Positions 8,239 through 18,264 of a DNA stretch of 32,000 nt are shown piece after piece. The notes under the pieces were generated by a model. The model saw only the letters and a program-made list of their open reading frames with translations. It was not told the DNA's origin and did no database searches. The DNA comes from Candidatus Saccharimonadota bacterium. Lineage in GTDB: Bacteria; Patescibacteriota; Gracilibacteria; BD1-5; UBA6164. A program made the position numbers and the translations under genes. The DNA is taken from the NCBI GenBank assembly GCA_965229705.1, contig OZ245922.1, forward strand, positions 210,001 to 242,000, given 5' to 3'. How positions within the stretch are numbered: position 1 is the stretch's first letter; every line of letters begins with the position of its first letter.

Positions 8239-10350
8239 GTGCAAGACATTTTCCAAAATTGAGAGGATTTTGAAGAAAAATTAGACATTTCGCCGAGTGA
8301 CTATGGTTCTTTGCAGGTTTCACAGCGAGACGCACTATGAGAAATCAATGATGTATACACATCTTCTCGAAAAAAAGAGCAAAAAGTAGAAATAAAAAAA
8401 GATAAAAATATATATGTATCTCAAAAAGAAAAATGAAAAAATGTTGATAGCCTATTTCAGAGAAAAAGCTTTTTTTCCTTTGTTCCATACAGATCTTTCT
8501 TACGATGAAAGTGGAGGACATACTATGGATATTGTTGTGAAAGGTTCAAGAAGAGAGATTTTTTACCTATCATTCGATCTGGATCGTTTTTCTCTCAAAG
8601 AAGACTTTTACTCATTCTTGGTATATGTGTGTATATTATTCTGAGCCTCTCTCTTGTAGAGACGAGTCTCAATGCAGGATACAAAAAACTCATTGCTCTA
8701 AAAACGCTGTCAGATATACATGATATGCAAAAGACGGCAAATAATGCGCGCCTTGATTTTATTGTGGCTCAGACTTTTTTTTATCCATATTCTTTTCTTC
8801 CATGAAAACGCACTGAAACTATTACTGGAGCTATTTGATGAGGAAAACATATAAGTAGATCTATAGAGAGTCTTTGAAATATGACCCTAACTATTCAAAA
8901 CTGACTCACATCTCAAGAACAAAAACTGACAGATGTTCTTATAGCGATATATCCAGAGCTGACTTCTCTGCAAACTGAGCTTTCACAAGGATTAAGTTTT
9001 TATGAAGAAATATCATGGTTTCCAAGTGAGAATATTAAGAATGTATTTTGAGAATATATTACGCAAATTAGGCAAAGTGCTGATCGTTTAAAAATACTTC
9101 AAGAAAATTACTGACAGTTTGTGAAGATGCTCGGGCATAACGAGAGGAAGAGATATCTGATCGTATTTCAAAATGCAGATGAGATTCGTCCGTTGTGAGG
9201 ATTTATGTGATCTATGTGATTTTTAGAAATATTTCGTTGAGAACAAAAACTGTTTCAGATGAAGGATGTGTATGCAATAGAGTGGGATCTTAAATCTGCA
9301 AATTATGAGAGGAGAAATGCTCCAAAAGGTCTTGATGAGCTTACGGATACTTTTTGACTGCGTGATGCTAATTATTTTGTGAGTCTTGAAGAGTCTTCAA
9401 AAGCAATAGATTTTTTCCTGAGAGAGGCCTCTATATCTATAGATGGGATTATTTATATCAATCATAATATTTTGTATGATATTTTAGATGTGAGTTGAGA
9501 AATATATTTGGAGAACTTTGATATTCCTATAACAAAAGACAATTATGCCTCACTTCTCTCATTTCTTGTGGAGTCAAAGGTATCACAATCAGCAACACTT
9601 GATACCCCAAAACAAGCAGTATTTGATCTTGCTTTAGAGTTAGAGAAAAAGATAGTGCAAGAAAACCTATATCTTCCTATCTTACAATCTCTTTTAGATC
9701 AAATATATTCGGGGGATATGTTTGTCTGGATGAAGGAGAGCTCAGATCAAAAAATCATTACTGATATATGACTTTCTTGAGAAAAAAATTATGCTGCTTC
9801 TTTGGATTTTCTCTATCCGGTATTTACTTCACTTTCATGAAATAAGTCTGATAGGTATATATCGCGAGAGTACAGAACTCGTGTGAAGCGCGTGAAAAAC
9901 TCTTGTGATTTTTGAGTGCGTCATACAATCTCTCAAAAACACAATATGCGTCGACAAGACAAAGAAGAGTTTCAGTCATATGCTGAGGTGACTGGTATAG
10001 CATTCACCCGTGAAATGCTCACTCTTCAATGAGCGTCAAAAAATCGACAATATGTGAGGACGATAGTTCCAGTTGAAACGGATATAAGGGAGTATGATTC
10101 AGCAGAAGTGATAAACTATGGAACCCGTAAGGGAATAGAGTTTTTTATCGATACTCCAGAGCAGGGGAGCAGCGAGTTTTCTTTTGAGTATTTGTTAAAA
10201 AACCCTGAGTGTGATCCTTATAGCGTCACATTTTTTAAGCAACCATGAATCAAGAGGTATGAGGTGTTTCTTGATATAGAGGGGGAGGAGTATGAGTACA
10301 ATGGTATAAGTCGGGATTTTTATTTTGAAGATAGAACATATGAACAATAA
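8239..10350 (+). CDS. DUF4012-like membrane-anchored envelope protein
   Basis: 703 codons from GTG 8239, which follows GAGGTGA with a 5-nt gap, to TAA 10348-10350. It contains many in-frame TGA and no TAA/TAG. There is a basic N-terminal region, then a TM helix LLLILGICVYIILSLSLV, then RYLIVFQNADEIRPL-G-GFM-G-SM-G-FLEIFR-G-E...DVYAIEWDL...LRDANYF...IDGIIYINHNIL. As far as I recall, this matches the DUF4012 signature (FQN..E.RP.GGF.GS.G). Track ORF 8414-8644 is out of frame and ends at a genuine TAG (8657). Confidence 0.65.
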
Positions 10351-10432
10351 CAAGCAGAGTTTTTGGCAGAAAGCTTTGAGATATTTGATCTACAGTCTGG
10401 TTTTTAAAAAGCCCAAAAAAGCTTCGAAATTC

Positions 10433-10460
10433 TTGAGGAAAAAAGGGATTTTTGTATAAT
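10433..10460 (+). promoter_or_regulatory. Candidate promoter for the murE-dnaX-priA' cluster (TTGAGG-N16-TGTATAAT)
   Basis: -35 TTGAGG at 10433-10438 and extended -10 TGtATAAT with TATAAT at 10455-10460, 38 nt upstream of the murE start. Consensus match only. Confidence 0.35.
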
Positions 10461-10497
10461 CAAATTTGAGAATTATTCCTATTACTTTTCGACTTTT

Positions 10498-11811
10498 ATG
10501 ATGCAAAATTTAAAAAAAATGATACCCCTTGATAACCCTATAAGGCTTTGATATCATCTCCTTAGAGCAGTGATTGCAAATATTTTTTATATGTTCCCGA
10601 GTCGGAATATGGTCATAGTATGAGTGACTGGTACCAATGGAAAAACTACAGCCTCAAATATCATAGCCGAGTGACTCAGAGCAAGTGGAAAAAAAGTATT
10701 TATGTTTACGACAGTGAATATTATTCTTGGAGATGAAACATTTACCAATGAGTCAAAGATGACATCACCAGATGTTTTTGAACTTCAAAAATGGCTATCA
10801 ATCGCAAGGAAGAGAGGCTGCGAGGTTGCGGTTATAGAGACAGCGAGCCATGGCATAAAAATGCATCGAGTATGGGGACTGAACTATGATGTTTCTGTAC
10901 TGACAAACATCACGCAAGATCATCTCGATTTGCATAGAACAATGGAGGATTATGTTGATACAAAACTGACTATTTTTCGAAAATTGATGTTATATGAACG
11001 AAAACCAGGAGTCAAAAAAACAGGAGTTATCAATATAGAGAGTGATTATGCAGATATATTTTTAGAGCAAACTTATGACAACTTGTACACATATTGATTT
11101 ACGAGGGGTGCGAGTATCTCAACCAGTGATGTAAAAAATAAGAGAGATGGAATGGAATTTACCGTAAAGATTCCATGAGATACATTAGAGATTAGTACCA
11201 CTCTACGATGAAAATTTAATGTTGCAAATATTCTGGCATCTATAGGGGTACTTATTTCTCTCTGAGTTGAGAAAAAGATTATAGAGTGTGCAATACAAAA
11301 GGTTCCTGGCGTTCCAGGGAGAATGGAAGAGCTGAAATCATCTGATGGTTTTTTTGTATTTATAGATTATGCCCATACTCCTGATGCTCTAGAAAATGTT
11401 CTTACAACTCTTGAAGGTATCAGATCAAAGTGAAGAATTATTACTGTTTTTGGTGCTTGTGGAGAGAGAGATACAAGTAATAGACCAAGTATGTGATCGG
11501 TAGTCTCAAAATATTCTGATATGGTTATCCTGACACAGGATGATGATTATGGGGAAAAACCAGAAGATATTATCAAAGATGTTATCCCTGGAGTTAATAG
11601 AAAAGAGGGAGAGGATTTTTGGGTAATCCTTGATAGGACAGAAGCAATCAGGACAGCTCTTGTAATGGCGAAAAGATGAGATATCATCTTGATAGCGGGA
11701 AAAGGAGATGAACATGTGAGAATCACAAACGATGGACCAATACAGTGGCATGATAAGACACTTGTGCTGAAAGTACTCTCAGATATTGAAGAAAATGCAA
11801 TTATGAAATAG
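10498..11811 (+). CDS. murE: Mur ligase, UDP-N-acetylmuramoyl-tripeptide synthetase (MurE-like)
   Basis: 437 aa. Motifs: VIV-G(TGA)-VTGTNGKTT, ETASHG, TNITQDHLDLH, GKFNVANILA, VPGRME, DYAHTPDALENVL, VFGACGERD, LIAGKGDEH. TAG stop at 11809-11811. The N-terminal domain is short (~40 aa before the P-loop). The DAP-specific DNPR motif is replaced by TQDDDYGEKP. Confidence 0.85.
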
Positions 11812-11831
11812 ACTTTACTTAATCTCCTTAT

Positions 11832-13307
11832 ATGACACTCTACCTCAAATACCGCCCACAAGATTTTCAATCGCTTGTCTGACAAGAGTTTATCAAGACA
11901 ACGCTCAAAAAAGCAGTTGCCGATAACAAGCTTGTATGAGCATATATGTTTACCTGACCTCGCTGAACAGGAAAAACCTCAACAGCCCGTATTTTTGCAA
12001 AAGCCATTAACTGTAGCGATATCCAAAATGGTGAACCATGTGGTAAATGTGAGATATGTAACGCTTTTCATAATAACGGACTTATTGATATTATCGAGAT
12101 AGATGCTGCAAGCCATACAGGAGTGGATAATATCAGAGAAATTATAGAAAGAGCCCAGTTTCAACCCAGTCAGGCTCAGTACAAGGTCTATATCATTGAT
12201 GAAGTACATATGCTCTCAAAGGGAGCATTTAATGCGCTTTTGAAAATATTAGAAGAACCACCAAAGCATGTGAAATTTATCCTTGCGACAACCGATATTC
12301 ATAAAGTACCTGATACTATTCTTTCTCGTTGCCAGCGATATGATTTTCATAACTTCACTGACAATGAGATACGAGGGAGACTTGAATATATAGCAAAACA
12401 AGAAAAGATACAGGTAGACGATGAGAGTTATGACTTTATCTCACAAAGTTCGGAGTGAGCCATGCGTAACGCTGTTAGTCTCTTTGAACAACTCATTGTG
12501 GATAATGTTATTTCTTTCTCACACATTGAAAAAACTCTCTGAGTGACACAAAAGGCAGAGGAGCGTCAGTTTCTCGAGAAAATTCTTCTCAAAGACAGTT
12601 CTCTTCTCAGTGATCTTGATATGCTCGTACAAGCAGGGAAAAATATAAAAAATTTCCTCAAAGCAGTAGCCTATACTCTGCAAGAAAAATGTGAGCAAGA
12701 GATATGTCAGTCTTGAGATATTTCAGAAAAAATCCTGATTCTTGAATCTCTTGAAGAAACACTGAGAAAAACAAAAAATAGCTTTGATGAAAATCTGACG
12801 ATAAAAATAGGGCTCCTCAAAATCCTTGGATGAAATACAAAAAATAACACTCAAATTCCCCCTCTTTCTCAAACTCTTTTTAAAGAGAAGGAAGGAGCGT
12901 CAGATAAAAAAACTCTTTCTTCCCTGCGAGGAATAGACTGAAAAAAGGAGGAGAACAGAGAGAGTCTTCCAGAAAAAACAGGAGATATGTTTTCTCAGGT
13001 ACATGATATTTTTGCAGAAAGTTCTTCAGAAGATACAGAGCCTTCACCACAAACTCAAAAGAAAACAGCCACAAAAAACACTTTTGATATCACGGCATTT
13101 ATCTGAGCAGTCAAGTCTGCATGAGGTAAGGCGGCGCTTGTTATGAGTCTCAAAGGTTCAAAAATAGAGCTTTGAGGTGATACACTGACAATTACCGGGA
13201 ATACCAAGATATCTCGTAATACTCTCGAAAAACCTGAACATAAGGAAATGCTTCTTGAGATCTGAGAAACATTTTGAACGCCTTTTTCTTCTCTAAATAT
13301 TGTGTAA
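11832..13307 (+). CDS. dnaX: DNA polymerase III subunit gamma/tau
   Basis: 491 aa. Motifs: MTLYLKYRPQDFQSLV-G-QEF, Walker A FT-G(TGA)-PR-G(TGA)-TGKTSTARIFAKAINC, zinc module CGKCEIC, box II YIIDEVHMLS, ILATTD, SRCQRYDF. TAA stop at 13305-13307, directly abutting the next ATG. Confidence 0.92.
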
Positions 13308-14288
13308 ATGTTTATAAGAGTTGTGCCTTTTTCTCGGAGCTTTGATAGCTATGGTGTCACCTATAGTGTCCCAACTCTCTACCAATCATCGATACAAGCA
13401 TGAATGATTGTAAAAGTTCCTTTTGGAGAAGAAGAGATTTTGTGAGTGGTTTTTGGAGTTTTTTGAGATAACAAGCTTGAGGCTGGTCTCGAAATCTTCC
13501 CTAAGAGTAAAGATATTGAGATCAGAGATATGATAGAAATATATGATGATTTTGTATATCTTTCTGGTGAGCAGTTAGAGCTTGTAGACTATATATCACA
13601 GCATTATTTTTGTGTTATACATCATGCTCTTGGCTTATTTTTTCCAAAAAATTTGCGGCAAAAAATTGAGAAAAAAACGGTAAAAAAAATACAAAAAAAA
13701 GAGTATCACTACCACACTCCAGACATACGCCTCTCAGAAAAACAAGCTGAGATATATCACGATATACATCACTCTCAAAATCTTATTTCTCTCTTATATT
13801 GAGTAACTGGGAGTGGGAAGACACAGATATATATGAGAGCTATTGCAGAAAATATACAAAAATGAAAGCAGGTACTTTTACTGATTCCAGAGATTATTTT
13901 AAGTTCGCAGATAGGGGAGAGAGTACAAGAGGTGTTTTGAGAAGGTGTGGTATTTCTTCACTCTGGTGTGAGTTTGGCAAAAAAGGCTCGTTACTGGATA
14001 GATATATATTTTGGAAATATAAAGATTATTGTATGAACGCGTAGTAGTCTCTTTTTTCCTTATAATAATCTTTGAATGATTATTATGGACGAAGAACATG
14101 ATGAGAGTTATACTTCAGACATTGTTCCTCGTTATCATGCAAGAACACTTGCAGAAAAGATTGCTTCACAGAGAAACATTCCTTTTCTTATGGGTTCTGG
14201 AACTCCTCGGGGAGAGACTTTTTATAAAGGTTTACAGTGAGAGTACAATATTTTTCAGCTTTTGGAGGTGTATACAAATAAGAAATAG
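13308..14288 (+). CDS. priA: PriA-like primosomal helicase, N-terminal half only (ends after helicase lobe 1)
   Basis: 326 aa. The N-terminal DNA-binding region (VKVPFGEEEIL-G-VVFGV) is followed by motif I LLY-G(TGA)[39 protein letters not shown] (motif II) and LMGSGTPRGETFYKGLQ-G-EY, then TAG at 14286-14288. No Cys-rich region or second RecA lobe follows. The convergent clpP ends 29 bp later. Confidence 0.75.
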
Positions 14289-14317
14289 AATTGGTCCTTT
14301 GGGATCGTTTTTATTTT

Positions 14318-14938
14318 CTATTTTACTATCTTATCAATTAACCCATATTCTAGAGCTTCTTGGGCTGACATAAAATTGTCTCTATCACAGTCTTCTTTTA
14401 CTTTTTTTACTTTTTGCCCTGTATGCTCTGCAAGAATATTGTAAAGAATATCTCCTGTTTTTTCGATATGACGAGCAGCAAGCATGATATCACTTGCTTG
14501 TCATTCTGCTCCACCTAGGGGTTGATGAATCATGATTTCTGCATGAGGAAGAGCATAGCGTTTACCTTTTTCTCCTCCAGCGAGGATAATAGAACCCATA
14601 CTTGCAGCAAGTCCCATCGCGACAGTGATCACGGGACATTTTACATATTGCATAGTGTCGTAGATAGCAAGCCCTGCAGTCACATGTCCTCCAGGTGAGT
14701 TCACATACATGGTAATAGGGGCTTTTGCATCTTGTTTTTCGAGAAAAAGCAGCTGCGCAATGACAGTATTTGCTACCGCACTGTCTATCCCTTCACCCAG
14801 AAAGATGACTCGATCTTCGAGCAGTCGAGAGTAAATATCATAGGCTCTTTCTCCGCTGGGAGTTTTGTCTATTACTGTGGGAATAAGTGTTGAAAGAATG
14901 TCTTTTTGTATCTTTTTAGATGTAACGGTCTTTGTCAT
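14318..14938 (-). CDS. clpP: ATP-dependent Clp protease proteolytic subunit
   Basis: 206 aa. Motifs: [43 protein letters not shown] (catalytic Ser), [11 protein letters not shown](TGA)-[27 protein letters not shown] stop at 14320-14318. Track ORF 14501-14938 is the part before the single TGA. Confidence 0.93.
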
Positions 14939-14977
14939 AGTTTTTGTATATTATTTTTAAATCAAATCTCACTCTAG

Positions 14978-15002
14978 TCCTCTCATCAAGGAAATGGAGA
15001 AA
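14978..15002. repeat. Degenerate intergenic relative of the hairpin element (upstream of clpP)
   Basis: CCTCTCATCAAGGAAATGGAGA compares with copy B CCTCTCATCTAAGGAGAGGGG. The first 15 nt are identical apart from one missing T. This copy is non-coding. Confidence 0.4.
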
Positions 15003-15236
15003 ATGCATCTGCTTCTCCTTTGAGGAGAAAAGATTCAGGATAGAGGTTTTGAGTAGAGAGGAGTAAACTTCTACTATGTCATTAGTATACCATGTTTATC
15101 TCAGAAATACTAAGAGAAACAAAAAATATATTTGACTAAAATAATAAAGTTTAGATAATACTTCTGTCTTTAACCATCTCATCGGAGAGATACAAAAAAA
15201 AATCTCCGACTGAGTTCGGGGAAGATTGGAGAAAAA

Positions 15237-15740
15237 ATGAAACAGATTTTCCAAAGCTATGAAGAAGGGTTAGGTGTAATGAAGAGTTATGACGGAGAAG
15301 CTCTCTTCTTCTCTTTCATTCCACCATTTGTCATTAGCTTATTTGCTCTTCTTACAGGGATACTGATAGCCTTATTTCCAGCAACTACTATATTATTAAT
15401 AGTAGGATATTTTACCTGTATGTATACGGCAAAGCTTGTTAGTGAAGCTACTGGGTCAAAAATTATAACAGGTCTTGTGCTATTTTTGATAGAAAGAGCA
15501 GTTCCATTCATTATTGGAGAAGCTGTCGGAGTATTATCGTTCCTTGCCTCTATGGTGGTAATATTAGGTTATATAATAATATTTATAATTAGTATTATAG
15601 TGATGACAATACCCATATTCCTTTGGAGTATTTTGACCTGGGATTTCTCAATGCTTGAACAAAGAACAGAAAATGATATCCCAAGGGCTATTCACAAGTT
15701 CTTTTTACCAAAGAGTTATTACTCTTATCTTGTTGATTAG
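15237..15740 (+). CDS. Hypothetical polytopic membrane protein (167 aa)
   Basis: Intact ORF with GGAGAAAAAATG upstream. About four hydrophobic helices (FIPPFVISLFALLTGILIALF, ILLIVGYFTCMY, GLVLFLIERAVPFII..., ILGYIIIFIISIIVMTIPIFLW). TAG stop and no TGA codon. It is followed by a strong terminator. I recognise no family. Confidence 0.6.
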   Translation: MKQIFQSYEEGLGVMKSYDGEALFFSFIPPFVISLFALLTGILIALFPATTILLIVGYFTCMYTAKLVSEATGSKIITGLVLFLIERAVPFIIGEAVGVLSFLASMVVILGYIIIFIISIIVMTIPIFLWSILTWDFSMLEQRTENDIPRAIHKFFLPKSYYSYLVD

Positions 15741-15770
15741 GTAAATCTGAACCCACTTTTCTTACTTATA

Positions 15771-15803
15771 AAAGAGCCACATTTGTGGCTCTTTTGCTTT
15801 TGT
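15771..15803 (+). terminator. Rho-independent terminator
   Basis: AAAGAGCCAC-ATTT-GTGGCTCTTT is a perfect 10-bp stem, followed by TGCTTTT, 30 nt after the stop at 15740. Confidence 0.8.
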
Positions 15804-15871
15804 GAAAAGCGCTCTTGCACCAAAGAGAGTTTTTTTTATAATACAGATAATACCAGTTTCAGTATTATGAT

Positions 15872-17368
15872 ATGACTACTATCACACGATTTGCTCCGAG
15901 TCCTACAGGGTATCTTCATATATGAAGTCTCAGAACAGTACTCTATAACTACCTCTACGCAAAACAACTCGACGGAAAATTTCTTCTCAGAATAGAAGAT
16001 ACTGACCAAAGTCGCTATGTTGAAGGAAGTGTAGAAAATCTCCAAAATGTCCTTGCAAGCGTAGGACTCATACCAGACGAATGACCAAATAATCCGGGAA
16101 ATACCGGACCATATTTTCAGTCAGAGCGACTCGATATTTATCAAAAATATATTCAGGAACTTTTAGACAAAGGACATGCCTATTATTGCTTTTGTAGTAG
16201 TGAAAGACTTGCACAGCTCAGAGCCGAACAACAAGACCTCTGACTCCCAACAAGATATGATAAAAAATGCCGCTATCTCACTGAGCAAGAGATACAAAAA
16301 AACCTTGATACAGGTCTCCCGTATACTATTCGCCTCAAAGTTCCAGAAAATACCCTCGTAGAGTTTGAAGATACTATTAGATGAAAGATATCCATACCCA
16401 GTAAAGATGTAGATGACCAAGTACTCATGAAGGCAGACGGATTTCCTACATACCATTTTGCTGTGGTGGTTGATGATTTTCTTATGGGAGTAACCGATAT
16501 TATTCGCTGAGATGAATGGATACCAAGTACCCCAAAACATGTACTCCTCTACCAAGCATTTGGCTGGAAAATGCCAAGATTTTCCCATGTACCTCCACTA
16601 GTTGGAAATGATAGAAAAAAACTCTCAAAAAGAACAGGAGATGTCGCAGTAGAAGCGTTTTTAGAGAAATGATACTTGCCAGAAGCACTCATAAACTATA
16701 TATCACTTCTCGGATGGAATCCCAAAACAACTCGTGAGATATTTTCTCTCTCTGAACTCATAGAAAACTTTAAACTCTCAGATGTACATAAGGCAGGAGC
16801 AGTGTTTGATGAAGAGCGACTTGAGTGGTTTAACGCGCAATATATATCACGCTATGATACTACTATCTTGTGGAACAAGATTCAAACCTACCTGAAACGC
16901 TACGATGCAGAATATGGAGAAGCAATAAAAATTTTTCCTGAAGCTTATATTTTAAAGATCGTGTGAGAGCTCCAAACTCGCGTGAAAAAACTGAGTGATT
17001 TTCGTGAATATAGCCAGTTTTTCTTTGAAGAATTATGAGAAGTAGATAGAGACCTTTTTGTAAATCCAAAAATGAAAATAGAAAACATAGCGCAAGCGAA
17101 AGATTTTCTCACATGCGGGATTGAGATATTGCAAGAGAGATGATCAGAGATGACCTCACCAGAGAAAATAAAAGACATATATATATCAGAAATACAGGCA
17201 AGAGGCAAAAAAAACGGCCAAATTCTCTGGCCACTGAGAGTCGCGCTTTCCGGTCAACAGTTTAGTCCAGGGGCTCTCGAGCTGATTTATATATTTGGAA
17301 TAGAAAAGTCAATACAAAGAGCAGAAAAAGTCTTGTCCCAAGTCTCCTATTCTGCTAGTATTTTATAA
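15872..17368 (+). CDS. gltX: Glutamyl-tRNA synthetase
   Basis: 498 aa. Motifs: [13 protein letters not shown](TGA)-SLRT (HIGH-type motif), [28 protein letters not shown](TGA)[10 protein letters not shown], KLSKR (KMSKS-type), [15 protein letters not shown] stop at 17366-17368. Confidence 0.93.
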
Positions 17369-17395
17369 GTCTTATTTTTCTAAAAAATAACAATT

Positions 17396-17833
17396 ATGAA
17401 TTTCTGAGTTCTCAAAAACATGGTAGACAATCTCGTTTCTACATACAAATGCCCATTTTGTTCTAGCTGTGATATCTCAGAACAAGATATAGATATTGTA
17501 TGAGCAGCAGGAAATACGGTAAATATAGATATGCATTGCCCAAAATGTAAAAAACATTTTATGGCAAAAACAGAACTGATGCACATCGAGCTTGGAAGTG
17601 TTCACCCAGACTCAATTTCCAAGATTAACGAGTCACTCCATGCTCTCAAAGGAAAACTCTGATGAAATATAGAGATTAATACCGATCTTATGAAGTCTGA
17701 GTGAGATGAAAAGAAAGAAGATATTATAGATGATACACAGATCATAGATCTCAACACAAAACTTTCAGGAAAAAATATGAAAATAGAAGATTTACTTTCT
17801 GACACACAAGAAGACGCCTCATGAAACTCATAA
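17396..17833 (+). CDS. Hypothetical zinc-ribbon protein (CPFC...CPKC)
   Basis: 145 aa from ATG 17396 to TAA 17831-17833, read across 6 TGA. It carries two CxxC pairs (YKCPFCSSC ... MHCPKCKKHF) and an acidic C-terminal half. The start is uncertain, with an in-frame ATG also at 17420. Confidence 0.5.
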
Positions 17834-18255
17834 AAAAAGTATATCTTTCACTCGTTATCCTTGCTGTATGATATCTCTTACTGACTTTTGTCTCTACTGA
17901 TTTGAGTTCACAAGTAGAGGAGTTTTTTGGATTGCAGGGGGTCTGAGAAAATATACGAGGTATAAAATCCCAGTTTGATGAAACGGTGACAAATATTCCG
18001 AGCGTTGAAGAGTTTCAGCAGTGAGCAGAAGATATAAAAAATACGCTAGAAGAGAGTGTCCAGAGTACCAAAGACACGATTGATACGATTCGTGAAAATG
18101 GGCAAAAAGTTGAAGAGGGCTACGGGAAAGTGGTAGAAGGCTATAACCAAGCAAAAGATGTTATAGAAAGTGCTGGTGAAACAGTGCAGCAAGTCCAGCA
18201 AATCGCTGAGAGTGTCCAAGAGGTAGGTGAAAGCCTATGAAATATATCTCAATAA
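17821..18255 (+). CDS. Hypothetical N-terminally anchored coiled-coil protein
   Basis: 144 aa. MKLIKKVYLSLVILAV-G-YLLLTFVS is a signal/anchor, followed by an E/Q/K/V-rich helical repeat region (…EEGYGKVVEGYNQAKDVIESAGETVQQVQQIAESVQEVGESL). It overlaps the previous gene by 13 nt. TAA stop at 18253-18255. Confidence 0.5.
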
Positions 18256-18264
18256 AGAAAAAAT

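Noticed and set aside
8414-8659. Track ORF 8414-8644, treated as the N-terminus of the DUF4012-like gene
   Set aside because: Continuing this frame past its TGA hits a genuine TAG at 8657-8659. The neighbouring frame (start GTG 8239) is the one that runs uninterrupted by TAA/TAG into the conserved domain.
12941-12947. dnaX programmed -1 frameshift site: the zero-frame heptamer A AAA AAG, identical to the E. coli dnaX slippery site, with GAGGAA a few nt upstream
   Set aside because: The -1 frame stays open for about 60 codons (to TAA near 13127) instead of terminating at once, and I saw no convincing downstream stem-loop. A-runs are common in this AT-rich genome. It is worth a look only if proteomics shows a short gamma form.
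14939-15236. Heat-shock operator (CtsR heptad repeat or CIRCE) upstream of clpP
   Set aside because: TTTGACT at ~15131 has no correctly spaced second heptad, and no CIRCE-like TTAGCACTC-N9-GAGTGCTAA is present. Only generic hairpins were seen (TTCTCCT/AGGAGAA at ~15013-15029; TCGGAGA/TCTCCGA at ~15183-15209).
16163-16588. Long antisense or out-of-frame track ORFs (for example 144-479, 1025-1342, 11547-11885, 13799-14044, 14098-14373, 16163-16588, 20785-21135, 23759-24097, 30328-30894)
   Set aside because: Each lies entirely within, and antisense or out of frame to, a gene with strong motif support. These are shadow ORFs with no recognisable motifs.
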